Of a DNA stretch of 64,000 bases, positions 30,146 through 40,130 are shown piece by piece; the first letter of the stretch is position 1, and each line of letters starts with the position of its first letter. The translations under genes and the position numbers were made by a program. The notes beneath the pieces were generated by a model. The model saw nothing but the letters and a program-made list of their open reading frames with translations, had not been told where the DNA came from and searched no databases. This stretch comes from Ascidiaceihabitans sp. (GTDB taxonomy: Bacteria; Pseudomonadota; Alphaproteobacteria; Rhodobacterales; Rhodobacteraceae): the NCBI GenBank assembly GCA_047626725.1, contig JBLHSG010000004.1:78328-142327 (forward strand), written 5' to 3'.

Positions 30146-31318
30146 TCACCCCAAAAGCTGGGCCTTGGTTTTGACAAACCCCGACGCGATCCAATCTTGC
30201 TTTAGCGTCTTTAGCTGTTTGCCTAGTTCCGGACCTTGAAACGCTGGCTGTAAATCTGCGGCAGTGATCGGAAAAACGCTGTTCGCGCCCTGTTCGATTT
30301 CCGCAAAAACATCCGGATTTGGCGTGTGACCCGCAAAGGCTGCGCGCAATGCAATGATGCTAAATGCCGTTGTTGAACCATGCCGATACCCAAGTTCACC
30401 AGCAGTCTGAAGGCTACCAATACCGTCACGTAAAATGTTCAGCTCACGCGCCTGAATTTTAGACAGTCGCAAGGTTTCCGCCACATCCATTCCACCCAAT
30501 GCTGCCAAGCGCCGGATCGGGTCAGGCGGCAAATCTAGCAATCCTTCGACATGTACCAACGGACCCACCCACGTGTCATCGCTGCCTGCCAATACGGTTT
30601 GAAGCACGCCAGTCTGGCGCATCACGGCAAGCGAAGTGGACGGATTTGGAGCAGCGAGAAGTTTGATCAACTCAGATCCGACCCTTTCGGGCGACAACGA
30701 CGCAAGCCCATCTAAATTAGATGCAATCGCATTCAACGCCTCAGGATCAAAACCCAACTCGGCATCACCATACCACGCAGAGAACCGGAAAAACCGCAGG
30801 CTGCGCAGATAATCCTCGCGAATGCGTAGTGACGCGTCTTCGATAAAACGAATGCGACGCGCACGGGCATCAGGCAGCCCATTCAACGGATCAACGACAC
30901 GTCCTGTTGCATCGGCGTACAGTGCATTCATGGTGAAATCGCGGCGCCGCGCATCATCCATAATGTCATCAGAAAACGCGACAATAGCGCGCCTGCCATC
31001 GGTTTCAACATCGCGCCGGAATGTCGTGATTTCAAACGGCGTGCCATTCATCACAACGGTCACGGTGCCATGATCAATGCCTGTTGGAATTGCCTTTAGG
31101 CCAGCCGCCTTGGCCAAATCCATAACCTGCTGCGGCAACGCGTTTGTCGACAGGTCAATATCACTGGCCAGTTCGCCCAAGATCGCATTGCGCACACAGC
31201 CGCCTACGAAAAAAATCTGGTGACCTGCCTGCGCAATCACGGCACATAATGCTTGTGCATCTGCGTCCTGCAACCATTGCGTTTCCGCCGGTAGAATTAG
31301 GTCATTCGATCGGTCCAT
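30146..31318 (-). CDS. cca: CCA tRNA nucleotidyltransferase (class II)
   Basis: FVGGCVRN, DIDLST, EITTFRRD, DARRRDFTMNAL, EDYLRSLRFFRF. Confidence 0.92.
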   Translation of the reverse strand: MDRSNDLILPAETQWLQDADAQALCAVIAQAGHQIFFVGGCVRNAILGELASDIDLSTNALPQQVMDLAKAAGLKAIPTGIDHGTVTVVMNGTPFEITTFRRDVETDGRRAIVAFSDDIMDDARRRDFTMNALYADATGRVVDPLNGLPDARARRIRFIEDASLRIREDYLRSLRFFRFSAWYGDAELGFDPEALNAIASNLDGLASLSPERVGSELIKLLAAPNPSTSLAVMRQTGVLQTVLAGSDDTWVGPLVHVEGLLDLPPDPIRRLAALGGMDVAETLRLSKIQARELNILRDGIGSLQTAGELGYRHGSTTAFSIIALRAAFAGHTPNPDVFAEIEQGANSVFPITAADLQPAFQGPELGKQLKTLKQDWIASGFVKTKAQLLG

Positions 31319-31890
31319 GCGCGCAACATACGCGCAGTTGCGCCCCAGATGTAATAGGGGCCGTAGGGCACTGTGAAATAATGGCGATGCTGTCCACGCC
31401 AACGCCGCGATTGAACACTAAAGTTATCGGGGTTCAAAACATGGGACAAAGGCACGCGAAACACTTCTTCGACTTCGCCCGGTTCAGGTTTGGCGTCAAA
31501 TTCCTCGCGCACAAATGCAATGACGGGTGTGACGTTAAATCCGGTGACCGTTTCGTGGATTGGCAGCGTGCCTAGCACTTCGACAATCTGCGAAGGCAGG
31601 CCGATTTCTTCGTCTGCTTCTCGCAATGCGGCGGAGATAACGTCGGCATCGTTGTCGTCTTGTTTGCCCCCAGGAAAGGCGATCTGACCGGGGTGATGTT
31701 TTAACGCCGATGACCGTTTGGTCAGGATCAATTCCGGTACACCATTGCGCATAATGATCGGGGCAAGAACACCGGCAGGGCGCAGTTTACGCCCCGCCGG
31801 CAATGTTACATTCGGGTTCAAATCAAAATCAGATGACGGTTTGCCAGCAGCGCCCAGCGCGTGGCGAATGTCAGCGATTAGGTCACTCAC
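31297..31890 (-). CDS. nudL: CoA pyrophosphatase (NUDIX)
   Basis: LTKRSSALKHHPGQIAFPGG, ALREADEEIG, IWGATA; GTG start overlapping the hslO stop. Confidence 0.88.
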   Translation of the reverse strand: MSDLIADIRHALGAAGKPSSDFDLNPNVTLPAGRKLRPAGVLAPIIMRNGVPELILTKRSSALKHHPGQIAFPGGKQDDNDADVISAALREADEEIGLPSQIVEVLGTLPIHETVTGFNVTPVIAFVREEFDAKPEPGEVEEVFRVPLSHVLNPDNFSVQSRRWRGQHRHYFTVPYGPYYIWGATARMLRAWTDRMT

Positions 31891-32869
31891 TCGGGGCTTC
31901 TTCTGACTCGAATCCGATGCTGGCCGGATCAAGGTCGTAATGCGCGCTACAGAATTGGCAATCCGCAGTCACACGCCCTTCGGGTGTTGTCATGGTTGAA
32001 ATGTCGCGCGCCGAATAGATCGACAGGCTTTGTCGCACGCGGTCTTCGGAACACGAGCAGCCAAATTTAATCGGTTGAGCATCGTAAACGCGGACTTGTT
32101 CCTCGTGAAACAGGCGCAACAACAGATCGCTTGGGGGCACTTGGGGGCCGATCAATTCCATGTCTTCGACCGTATCCAAAAGAATGTTCACGCGGTTCCA
32201 GTTTTCGCCTTCATCCTCATTCAAAAGGTCGGCAGCTTGCAACGTGTCACCGGTGCCTTCGACCTGAGCCGCGAACGGCGACGCTTTTGGCATGTGTTGG
32301 ATCATAACACCGCCCGCACGCCAATGTTCCGGTACGCCCGGTTCCATCGATTTGCCGTATGACAGCGCAAAACGGGTCGGCAACTGTTCGGATTGGGCAA
32401 AGTACGCCTCTGCACATTTCGACAGCGAACCGCCCTCAAGAGGTGTGATCCCCTGATACGGTTTCATGCCCTGACCTTGGTCAATCATGATCGCGAAATA
32501 CCCATCGCCAATTTGTTCGAACGGCGCGCCATCTGTCAGACGATCGGCATCATACGTCGCATAGGCGCGAATGCGCGCAGGTTCGCCTTCCTTTTCGGGA
32601 CCGTAGTAATCAGTCGCGATCATGCGAACCGCGCCTTTGGACTGAACCTGCAAGGACAGCTTCCAGCGCAATTTGACCGTTTGACCGATCAATGCCGTCA
32701 ACAAAGCCATTTCGGCAACCAGTGCTTCGACGACAGGCGGATAATTATGCTGCTTTAGAATACCATCCAAAACACCATCAAGGCGCGCAACGCGTCCGCG
32801 AATGTCTGCTGCATCCAGTTGAAAGGGCAGGACGGTATCGTCCCATGCGATTTTATTTGCTAGTGTCAT
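31883..32869 (-). CDS. hslO: Redox-regulated chaperone Hsp33
   Basis: YFAQSEQLPT, AGGVMIQHMP, LFHEE, zinc ligands CSC...CQFC. Confidence 0.95.
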   Translation of the reverse strand: MTLANKIAWDDTVLPFQLDAADIRGRVARLDGVLDGILKQHNYPPVVEALVAEMALLTALIGQTVKLRWKLSLQVQSKGAVRMIATDYYGPEKEGEPARIRAYATYDADRLTDGAPFEQIGDGYFAIMIDQGQGMKPYQGITPLEGGSLSKCAEAYFAQSEQLPTRFALSYGKSMEPGVPEHWRAGGVMIQHMPKASPFAAQVEGTGDTLQAADLLNEDEGENWNRVNILLDTVEDMELIGPQVPPSDLLLRLFHEEQVRVYDAQPIKFGCSCSEDRVRQSLSIYSARDISTMTTPEGRVTADCQFCSAHYDLDPASIGFESEEAPSE

Positions 32870-32909
32870 GGGGGTTTCCTTACGCGCCACGGATTGGCAT
32901 ATCGCGTCT

Positions 32910-32937
32910 ATATAGGTGCCACAAGGCAAACAAAAAG
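32910..32937 (-). promoter_or_regulatory. Putative RpoH (sigma32) promoter of hslO
   Basis: Minus strand CTTTTT-N15-CCTATAT versus the alphaproteobacterial RpoH consensus CTTGAA-N15/16-CCTATAT; -10 exact, -35 weak. Confidence 0.45.
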
Positions 32938-32947
32938 AGGGCCGCGA

Positions 32948-33391
32948 ATGATACGACGTGTTGGACCACCCCCACAAGCTGGACGACGTTATACAATGCG
33001 GCCGGGTGCGTATGCGATTTTACCGTTGCAACGGCGCGTTTTGCTAACGGGTCAAAACGCTGATGTTCTAGACATTCAACTGCCCGGTGGTGGCATTGAT
33101 CCGGGTGAATCACCAATCCAAGCGCTACATCGTGAGGTCCGCGAAGAAATCGGTTGGTGCATTTCCAGCCCCCGCCGACTGGGCGCGTTTCGTCGGTTTG
33201 TGTTTATGCCAGAATACGATTTGTGGGCAGAAAAACTTTGCCATGTATACGTCGCACGGCCGGTTTATCAGTTTGCAGAACCTATCGAACCTGATCACGT
33301 TACCTTGGTTCTTGACCCATCTGAGGCCGCCATGGCGCTGGGAAATGATGGCGATCGTCTGTTCGTTGAGCGCTATTTCGGGCTACTTTAA
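32948..33391 (+). CDS. NUDIX hydrolase, substrate unknown
   Basis: PGGGIDPGESPIQALHREVREEIG. Confidence 0.88.
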   Translation: MIRRVGPPPQAGRRYTMRPGAYAILPLQRRVLLTGQNADVLDIQLPGGGIDPGESPIQALHREVREEIGWCISSPRRLGAFRRFVFMPEYDLWAEKLCHVYVARPVYQFAEPIEPDHVTLVLDPSEAAMALGNDGDRLFVERYFGLL

Positions 33392-34665
33392 CCGCTGAAT
33401 TCAAACAACACGCCAGACACGTCATCGGGAAAATCGTCGGTTTTTGCGAAATTTGACAAGTTCCACATTAGCGCTTCGAAAAATGCAGGGCCCTTGATGT
33501 CGCGCAGGTCTGTCATCATCTCGGCCAGCCCTTCTTCTTCTAACATGTCGCCGTCCGGGTTAGGGCATTCGGTGACTCCGTCTGACAGCAATGCGATCCG
33601 GTCACCGGGATTTAGTTGAATTTCAAAGCTTTCGAACGTGATCCCGTACATCAAACCGACAGGAAAACCACCTGTACCTGTTTGCTCGATCGTACCATCA
33701 CTGCGCTGAACGGCCGGATGAGGATGGCCCGCCTGCCCCAAAATTACCTTGCCAGTTTTCAAATTCACGTCTGCCAAAAGCAGTGTAAAATAATGTTCTG
33801 TTTCCATCTCGTCCAGAACAAGGTCGTTGAGCGTTTCGATCACTTGATCCGGCGGCAAAGATCGATAACTGCCATCCGCCAACCGTTCCAAAGCGACGTT
33901 TTGATCAGGGGCTGAAGCGGATAAATAACCGGCCAACCGCGCGGTCATAAGGGCAGAACTGATGCCATGTCCTGACACGTCAATCGCGAACAAACCTAGG
34001 TGACCTTCACCTGCTGGATAAAACCCGACAAGGTCGCCACCAACATGCCCACTGGAACGAAGTAAAAGCGACAATTCGCCTGTATCAAAGGACTTTGTCC
34101 TCTCGCGGATTAACGATTGTTGTAATTTTTTGGCTTCAATCAAATCGCTGTCGAGCGAGTCATAAACACGCTGTAGTTCCAGCAACGTTTCGGAAATCAC
34201 CTTGTTTTTGTCAGTTAATTCGCGCTGCATATCCAATATGCGTTCACCTGCAGAAATACGCGCCCTAAGTTCATGCGCATTGACCGGTTTGCTTAGAAAA
34301 TCATCGGCGCCTGCCTGCAATCCCTGCGCCACTTCACCTTTTTCGCTCTTGGACGTTAGAAGAATAAAGTACCCGTAATGGTCCCCCGGCAAATTACGAA
34401 ACGCATCGCAAAATTCCAAACCGTTCATCTGTGGCATCATCCAATCGCTCAGCACGATGTCCGGCGGATCTGATTTGCACATTTCCAGCGCAACGAGACC
34501 GCTATCAGCCTCCAGAACATCGTAACCCCAGCGCGTAACCGAACTCGACAGAATTTTACGCTGCAACCGACTGTCATCCACAATTAGAACGCGTCGCTTT
34601 GGCAACACGTTTTCCGGCTGGCCGCCGTGTTCAGGTAATTTCAAAAGCGAAGACATAAGGGACAA
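33388..34665 (-). CDS. Response-regulator receiver fused to a SpoIIE/PP2C phosphatase
   Basis: VLIVDD...SDWMMP...LLTS...DFLSKP receiver; coiled coil; GGDLVG, DVSGHG, LSDGVTE, DDVSGV. Confidence 0.93.
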   Translation of the reverse strand: MSLMSSLLKLPEHGGQPENVLPKRRVLIVDDSRLQRKILSSSVTRWGYDVLEADSGLVALEMCKSDPPDIVLSDWMMPQMNGLEFCDAFRNLPGDHYGYFILLTSKSEKGEVAQGLQAGADDFLSKPVNAHELRARISAGERILDMQRELTDKNKVISETLLELQRVYDSLDSDLIEAKKLQQSLIRERTKSFDTGELSLLLRSSGHVGGDLVGFYPAGEGHLGLFAIDVSGHGISSALMTARLAGYLSASAPDQNVALERLADGSYRSLPPDQVIETLNDLVLDEMETEHYFTLLLADVNLKTGKVILGQAGHPHPAVQRSDGTIEQTGTGGFPVGLMYGITFESFEIQLNPGDRIALLSDGVTECPNPDGDMLEEEGLAEMMTDLRDIKGPAFFEALMWNLSNFAKTDDFPDDVSGVLFEFSG

Positions 34666-34709
34666 AGTTCCGGCACTGTTTAGACCGCTCAGTCTTTAGT
34701 CTCTCGAAC

Positions 34710-34771
34710 TTAACGAGCCGTGAAAGCGACAATCAGACATACTAAAAGTTTAACAAGTTATATTTCGTTAA
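34710..34771. promoter_or_regulatory. Cluster of TTAA half-sites, including one near-full CtrA-like site, in the divergent promoter region
   Basis: TTAA-CGAGCCG-TGAA (34710-34724), TTAAC (34750-34754), GTTAA (34767-34771). Confidence 0.35.
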
Positions 34772-34814
34772 GCTAAATGACCGAACATCACCTGACACAG
34801 AATCGGAGGAAAAA

Positions 34815-35153
34815 ATGATTGATTGGGGTCAGGTAAAATCACTTCGAGATGAGGTGGGGCCAGAAGACTTCGAAGAGGTCGTCGAGCTATTTTTAGAAGA
34901 GGTCGAAGAAGTTATCGAACGTCTGAAATGTAATTCTGACACCGCAACACTTGAGGAAGACATGCACTTTCTTAAGGGCAGCGCGATGAACCTCGGGTTC
35001 GAGAAGTTCTCGAAACTATGCCAAGCAGGCGAAAACCTATCCGCAAAAGGCCAAGCAGATGAGCTAGACGTTGGATCCGTTTTGGACTGCTACGCGTCTT
35101 CAAAAATTGTCTTTTTGACAGATTTACCAACCGCGCTGCTACGGGTGAATTAG
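34815..35153 (+). CDS. Stand-alone Hpt (histidine phosphotransfer) protein
   Basis: MHFLKGSAMNLGF (HxLKGS motif); GGAGG RBS. Confidence 0.92.
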   Translation: MIDWGQVKSLRDEVGPEDFEEVVELFLEEVEEVIERLKCNSDTATLEEDMHFLKGSAMNLGFEKFSKLCQAGENLSAKGQADELDVGSVLDCYASSKIVFLTDLPTALLRVN

Positions 35154-36385
35154 ATTACAAACTGGGTTAGCGTTTCGTTGTTTGTGATGTCTGTGTAAGC
35201 AAATCCGACAGATTCGATTTGTTCAAACATGGTTTCGAAATTTGCAGGGTTCGTCGTCTCAATCCCGATCAAAACAGATCCGAAATTTCGTGCCGATTTT
35301 TTCATGTACTCAAAGCGGGTAATGTTGTCTTCCGGACCCAAGCTTCCCAAGAAATCTTTTAACGCGCCAGGCCGTTGTGGCAGGCGTAAAATGAAGTATT
35401 TCTTTAGCCCAGAATATCGCTGCGCGCGCTCTTTCACTTCGGGCAAACGTTCAAAATCAAAATTCCCACCAGATGCAACGCAGACAACCGTCTTGCCTTT
35501 GATCACATCTTGCATCTCGCGCAGCGCCTCGATTGCTAAGGCACCGGCAGGTTCCAAAACGATCCCTTCGACGTTCAGCATTTCTAGAATCGTCGTGCAA
35601 ATTCTGTCTTCTGATAGGTTTATGACATTAGCGGGATCAACACCTTTCAACCGTTCAAACGTTCGCATGCCGATCTTGGCAACCGCAGCGCCGTCGACAA
35701 AATTATCGATTGGCGACACATCAATCGGCGCACCCGCATCCAAAGCCAACGCAAGGCTTTGCGCGCCTTTTGGCTCAACAAATGTATAGTCGCATTGCGG
35801 CCCAAAATAGCTGTATGTACCGGCGGACAAACCACCCCCACCAACTGGCAAAATTATGTGATCGGGCGCACGACCCAATTGCGTTTCGATTTCGACGGCA
35901 ACGCTAGCTTGCCCTTCGATCACATCATCATCATCAAACGGCGACAGAAAATGCGCGCCTTTTTCCGCACTATAGCTTTGGGCAGCGCGCAAAGTTTCGT
36001 CAAAGTAGTCACCAATCAGCCGGATTTCGACGTGATCACCACCAAATATTCGGGTCTTTTGAATTTTTTGATCCGGGGTTGTCACAGGCATAAACACGAC
36101 CCCGCGCACCCCAAAATGCCGGCACATAAACGCCACACCTTGCGCGTGATTTCCGGCACTCGCGCAGACAAACGTATCTTGATCCGCGATCACCTTGCGC
36201 ATGGCATTGAATGCACCGCGCAATTTATAGGATCGCACCGGGCTTAGGTCTTCGCGCTTTAGCCAAATATCGGCGCCATAGCGTTCCGACAGCAAATCAT
36301 TTCGCAGCAATGGCGTGGCGGAAAAAACAGTTCGCATCGCCTGTTCAGCCGCGCGCGCTGCTGTTTGGAGTGTATCGCGATCCAT
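35150..36385 (-). CDS. ilvA: Threonine dehydratase
   Basis: [54 protein letters not shown]. Confidence 0.97.
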   Translation of the reverse strand: MDRDTLQTAARAAEQAMRTVFSATPLLRNDLLSERYGADIWLKREDLSPVRSYKLRGAFNAMRKVIADQDTFVCASAGNHAQGVAFMCRHFGVRGVVFMPVTTPDQKIQKTRIFGGDHVEIRLIGDYFDETLRAAQSYSAEKGAHFLSPFDDDDVIEGQASVAVEIETQLGRAPDHIILPVGGGGLSAGTYSYFGPQCDYTFVEPKGAQSLALALDAGAPIDVSPIDNFVDGAAVAKIGMRTFERLKGVDPANVINLSEDRICTTILEMLNVEGIVLEPAGALAIEALREMQDVIKGKTVVCVASGGNFDFERLPEVKERAQRYSGLKKYFILRLPQRPGALKDFLGSLGPEDNITRFEYMKKSARNFGSVLIGIETTNPANFETMFEQIESVGFAYTDITNNETLTQFVI

Positions 36386-36517
36386 TTTCAAATCCTAAAC
36401 CACCTAGATAAAACAGACCTATGCGCCCCTGCTGTGACGGTCAACGCCTCGCCCGTCTTGAACCTGCCCGTAAAAAGCAGTATCGCCCACGGCGAACCCC
36501 ACAAAGGAAAGCACACA

Positions 36518-37735
36518 ATGTTCGCGCCCAAGAAAGTCGTACTTGCCTACTCAGGCGGCCTTGATACATCGATCATCCTGAAATGGCTGCAAACGGAATA
36601 CGGCTGCGAAGTTGTGACCTTTACCGCCGATTTGGGCCAAGGCGAAGAACTGGAACCAGCGCGCGCCAAAGCCGAATTGATGGGTGCATCTTCGATCTAT
36701 ATCGAAGACGTCCGCGAAGAATTCGTGCGCGATTTTGTGTTCCCAATGTTCCGCGCCAACGCGTTGTACGAAGGTCTGTATCTGCTGGGCACATCTATCG
36801 CGCGTCCATTGATTTCAAAACGCCTCGTCGAAATTGCCGAGGCCGAAGGTGCTGACGCAATCGCCCACGGCGCGACAGGCAAAGGCAACGATCAGGTTCG
36901 TTTTGAACTGGCCGCTTATGCGCTAAATCCAGACATCAAAGTTATCGCGCCTTGGCGTGAATGGGATTTGTCCAGCCGCACCAAACTGATCGATTTCGCG
37001 GAAAAAAACCAAATCCCGATCGCAACTGACAAGCGTGGCGAGGCCCCGTTTAGTGTTGATGCAAATCTGTTGCACACGTCTTCCGAGGGCAAAGTTCTTG
37101 AAGATCCGGCAGTTGAAGCGCCCGAATATGTGTACCAACGCACCGTCAGCCCAGAGGATGCGCCAAACACGCCCGAACATATCGAGATCGGGTTTGAAAA
37201 AGGCGATGCCGTTTCAATTAATGGCGAAGCAATGTCGCCAGCGACTGTTTTGACAAAACTGAACGAACTGGGTGGCAAGCACGGCATCGGCCGTCTTGAT
37301 CTGGTCGAAGGGCGTTTTGTTGGCATGAAGTCTCGTGGCATTTACGAAACGCCGGGCGGCACGATTTTGCTAGAAGCACACCGTGGCATTGAATCGATCA
37401 CGCTGGATCGCGGCGCAGCACATCTAAAAGACGAGCTGATGCCAAAATATGCCGAGCTTATTTACAACGGCTTCTGGTTCTCTCCTGAACGCGAAATGTT
37501 GCAGGCCATGATCGACAAAAGCCAAGAGCATGTGACCGGAACTGTGCGCCTAAAACTGTACAAAGGTCTGGCGCGCACTGTTGGTCGTTGGTCTGATCAT
37601 TCGCTGTATTCCGAAGCACATGTGACGTTCGAAGATGACGCCGGCGCATACGATCAAAAAGACGCCGCTGGCTTTATCCAGCTAAATGCGTTGCGTTTGA
37701 AACTGCTAGCAGCGCGTGATCGTCGCCTTAAGTAA
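36518..37735 (+). CDS. argG: Argininosuccinate synthase
   Basis: [47 protein letters not shown]. Confidence 0.99.
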   Translation: MFAPKKVVLAYSGGLDTSIILKWLQTEYGCEVVTFTADLGQGEELEPARAKAELMGASSIYIEDVREEFVRDFVFPMFRANALYEGLYLLGTSIARPLISKRLVEIAEAEGADAIAHGATGKGNDQVRFELAAYALNPDIKVIAPWREWDLSSRTKLIDFAEKNQIPIATDKRGEAPFSVDANLLHTSSEGKVLEDPAVEAPEYVYQRTVSPEDAPNTPEHIEIGFEKGDAVSINGEAMSPATVLTKLNELGGKHGIGRLDLVEGRFVGMKSRGIYETPGGTILLEAHRGIESITLDRGAAHLKDELMPKYAELIYNGFWFSPEREMLQAMIDKSQEHVTGTVRLKLYKGLARTVGRWSDHSLYSEAHVTFEDDAGAYDQKDAAGFIQLNALRLKLLAARDRRLK

Positions 37736-38456
37736 GTCGTAATTTTAGCGCCGCAAGCCTGTCATAATACGGCTGGGCTTGCGCCGCGACAGTTGCATAT
37801 TCAGGCTCTAATATGGGTAATTCAGGCTCTGCATCTGCAAAACCTGTCGATGAATGCACAGCCCCGTACCAGTGACTGGCCCAAATTCCATCTGCCGCAT
37901 GGCCCCCTGTTGGCCAGTTCAACATCGATGTATCCCAGGGCACATCAATCGCGTTGCATAGCAATTCCATCATACGCGTCGGGTCATTTCGAATGTCAGC
38001 GGAATCGATAACCACGGGAGTTTGACCCAAAGCAACGGCGTGATCGAACAGCTCAACCTGCTGGGAAAACCCTAGATCTTCTAAACGTGGACCTTCGCGT
38101 TTTTTGGCATAGCTCGCGACAACGCGGGCTGGATGCCGGATCAAGAAAACATTAATGACATCCGCCATCCATTCACGCGGAACGCCGTCAATCATGTGCT
38201 GTGTCATGTGTTTTTGGTACTGAACACAGCCATCAACCGGGCCCATTATTTGCGAAACCACGTGGCTAGGATCATTGAGTTGATCACCCAAAATTTCATC
38301 CCTCATCGGGTGCTGGATACCCGTCATTGCCAGATATGCGGCGTAAAATGGCTCGTCCAAGACAGCACAATCCGCGCGCGCACCAAAGCTATACATCATT
38401 GCAGTCGACAAGTTTCGTGGGCCAGACCACATGGCGATACGTTTGGTGGTTTCCAT
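37728..38456 (-). CDS. Sulfotransferase-like P-loop protein
   Basis: [34 protein letters not shown]; AGGAGA RBS. Confidence 0.75.
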   Translation of the reverse strand: METTKRIAMWSGPRNLSTAMMYSFGARADCAVLDEPFYAAYLAMTGIQHPMRDEILGDQLNDPSHVVSQIMGPVDGCVQYQKHMTQHMIDGVPREWMADVINVFLIRHPARVVASYAKKREGPRLEDLGFSQQVELFDHAVALGQTPVVIDSADIRNDPTRMMELLCNAIDVPWDTSMLNWPTGGHAADGIWASHWYGAVHSSTGFADAEPELPILEPEYATVAAQAQPYYDRLAALKLRLT

Positions 38457-38598
38457 GACTTCTCCTGTATTTTCGGTAAGTTATTGCCGATTTTCGAAAC
38501 TTCCAAGGTGTAACCTGTCTCACTGCTGCGTGATCTCGCGCGCCTGTGACTTGAACAAACGTGCAATCTGCCCGACAAATTATGAAAAGGAGACTAAA

Positions 38599-39258
38599 AT
38601 GACTCTATTTCGCACAGCAAAACCAGTGGCCTTAGCATTCCTGATCGCACTGGGATGGTTCGCGCAATCGACAACCTCGCAAGCCGCAGGAACCGAAACG
38701 CTCACAGTCGCCGGAGGCTGCTTTTGGTGCGTTGAATCCGATTTCGAAAGCGTCAAAGGCGTTAAAGGCGCGGTGTCAGGATATGCTGGCGGAAAAGTCG
38801 CAAATCCAACGTACAAGCAGGTCGTATCCGGCGGAACTGGACACTACGAAGCCGTGCAAATCACCTTTGATCCAGGCATTGTTTCGCGTGACGAATTGCT
38901 CTCAAAATTTTTCCGCTCGGTTGATCCAACAGATGCAGGTGGCCAATTTTGCGATCGCGGCGCCAGCTATAGCACCGCGATTTTTGCCAGCGGATCAGCC
39001 CAAAAAGCAGCCGCAGAACAAGCAAAGTCAGAGGCACAATCAGCCCTTGGCAAGAAGGTTGTAACGCCAATTCTTGGCGCAACTAAATTCTACACAGCAG
39101 AGGCGTATCACCAAGATTACTACAAAGGGTCGAAAATCGTGTTGACCCGGTTTGGCCCAAAAACACAGGCCAAAGCGTACAAAGCATACCGCGATGCCTG
39201 TGGTCGTGATCAACGTGTAAAACAGCTTTGGGGAAATGCAGCCGCGTTTCTAGGCTAA
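38599..39258 (+). CDS. msrA: Peptide-methionine (S)-S-oxide reductase with a signal peptide
   Basis: AGGCFWCVE, SGYAGG, GHYEAV, GGQFCDRG, AEAYHQDYY; AGGAGA RBS; N-terminal signal peptide. Confidence 0.95.
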   Translation: MTLFRTAKPVALAFLIALGWFAQSTTSQAAGTETLTVAGGCFWCVESDFESVKGVKGAVSGYAGGKVANPTYKQVVSGGTGHYEAVQITFDPGIVSRDELLSKFFRSVDPTDAGGQFCDRGASYSTAIFASGSAQKAAAEQAKSEAQSALGKKVVTPILGATKFYTAEAYHQDYYKGSKIVLTRFGPKTQAKAYKAYRDACGRDQRVKQLWGNAAAFLG

Positions 39259-40130
39259 GCCAAGCGCGCGTCCTGGATCTCTTTTAGGTCCGGAATGACG
39301 TCGGATGTGCCGTGGCGTGTGACCATAAGTGCTGCGGCTTGCGTTGCCAAATTGATCGCTTGCGCCATTGGCATGCCGCGATCAAGGCCTGCAATCACGT
39401 AACCAGTGAACGTATCACCGGCGCCTGTTGTATCGACCGGATCAACCTTTATCGCGTCAAAATCAGTCTCTAACTTGGCAGAATTTTGATACCATCGACA
39501 ACCCTTTGCACCCAAAGTGACAATGACATCAGTCACGTCTAGCATATTTGGCGCAAGACCTGTTGCCTGTTCCAACTGCGCCGCCTCTACTTCATTCAAG
39601 AACAACAAATCCACAAATGACAGCACAGCTTGAACAGCATCACTGTCAAACGGTGCCGCCGCATAGACAACCCGCAGGCCCAGATCATGCGCCATCTGAG
39701 CAGCGTCAGCTTGCCCCGACGTCTCGTTCTGCATCACTAGAATATCGCCCGTGCTGGCCTCTGATAATGCGCGACCAATCTGGGATTTTTCAATTTGCGC
39801 ATTTGCACCGGGCCACAAAACAATCGCATTTTCTGCCGCGTCATCAACGTTAATAATTGCATGACCCGTCGCGGTATCAAGCTCGACAATATGCGTTGTG
39901 TCGACGCCATATTCCAACATCCGCTGCACCGCCCAGCGCCCGTCAGTTCCGACCGCACCAATGTGCCGCACGCGCGCCGCGCCACGGGCCGCCGCCACTG
40001 ACATATTCGCGCCTTTGCCGCCTAAACCTTGACTGAAATCAACGGCAGCCAATGTTTCACCGGGTGCCGGTAAGTGTGGCAATCGGTAAACCATATCGAT
40101 GTTGATTGAGCCAAGGTTGTAGATCGTCAT
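39255..40130 (-). CDS. rbsK: Ribokinase (PfkB family)
   Basis: GGKGANMSVAAAR, NEVEA, DTTGAGDTF. Confidence 0.85.
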   Translation of the reverse strand: MTIYNLGSINIDMVYRLPHLPAPGETLAAVDFSQGLGGKGANMSVAAARGAARVRHIGAVGTDGRWAVQRMLEYGVDTTHIVELDTATGHAIINVDDAAENAIVLWPGANAQIEKSQIGRALSEASTGDILVMQNETSGQADAAQMAHDLGLRVVYAAAPFDSDAVQAVLSFVDLLFLNEVEAAQLEQATGLAPNMLDVTDVIVTLGAKGCRWYQNSAKLETDFDAIKVDPVDTTGAGDTFTGYVIAGLDRGMPMAQAINLATQAAALMVTRHGTSDVIPDLKEIQDARLA

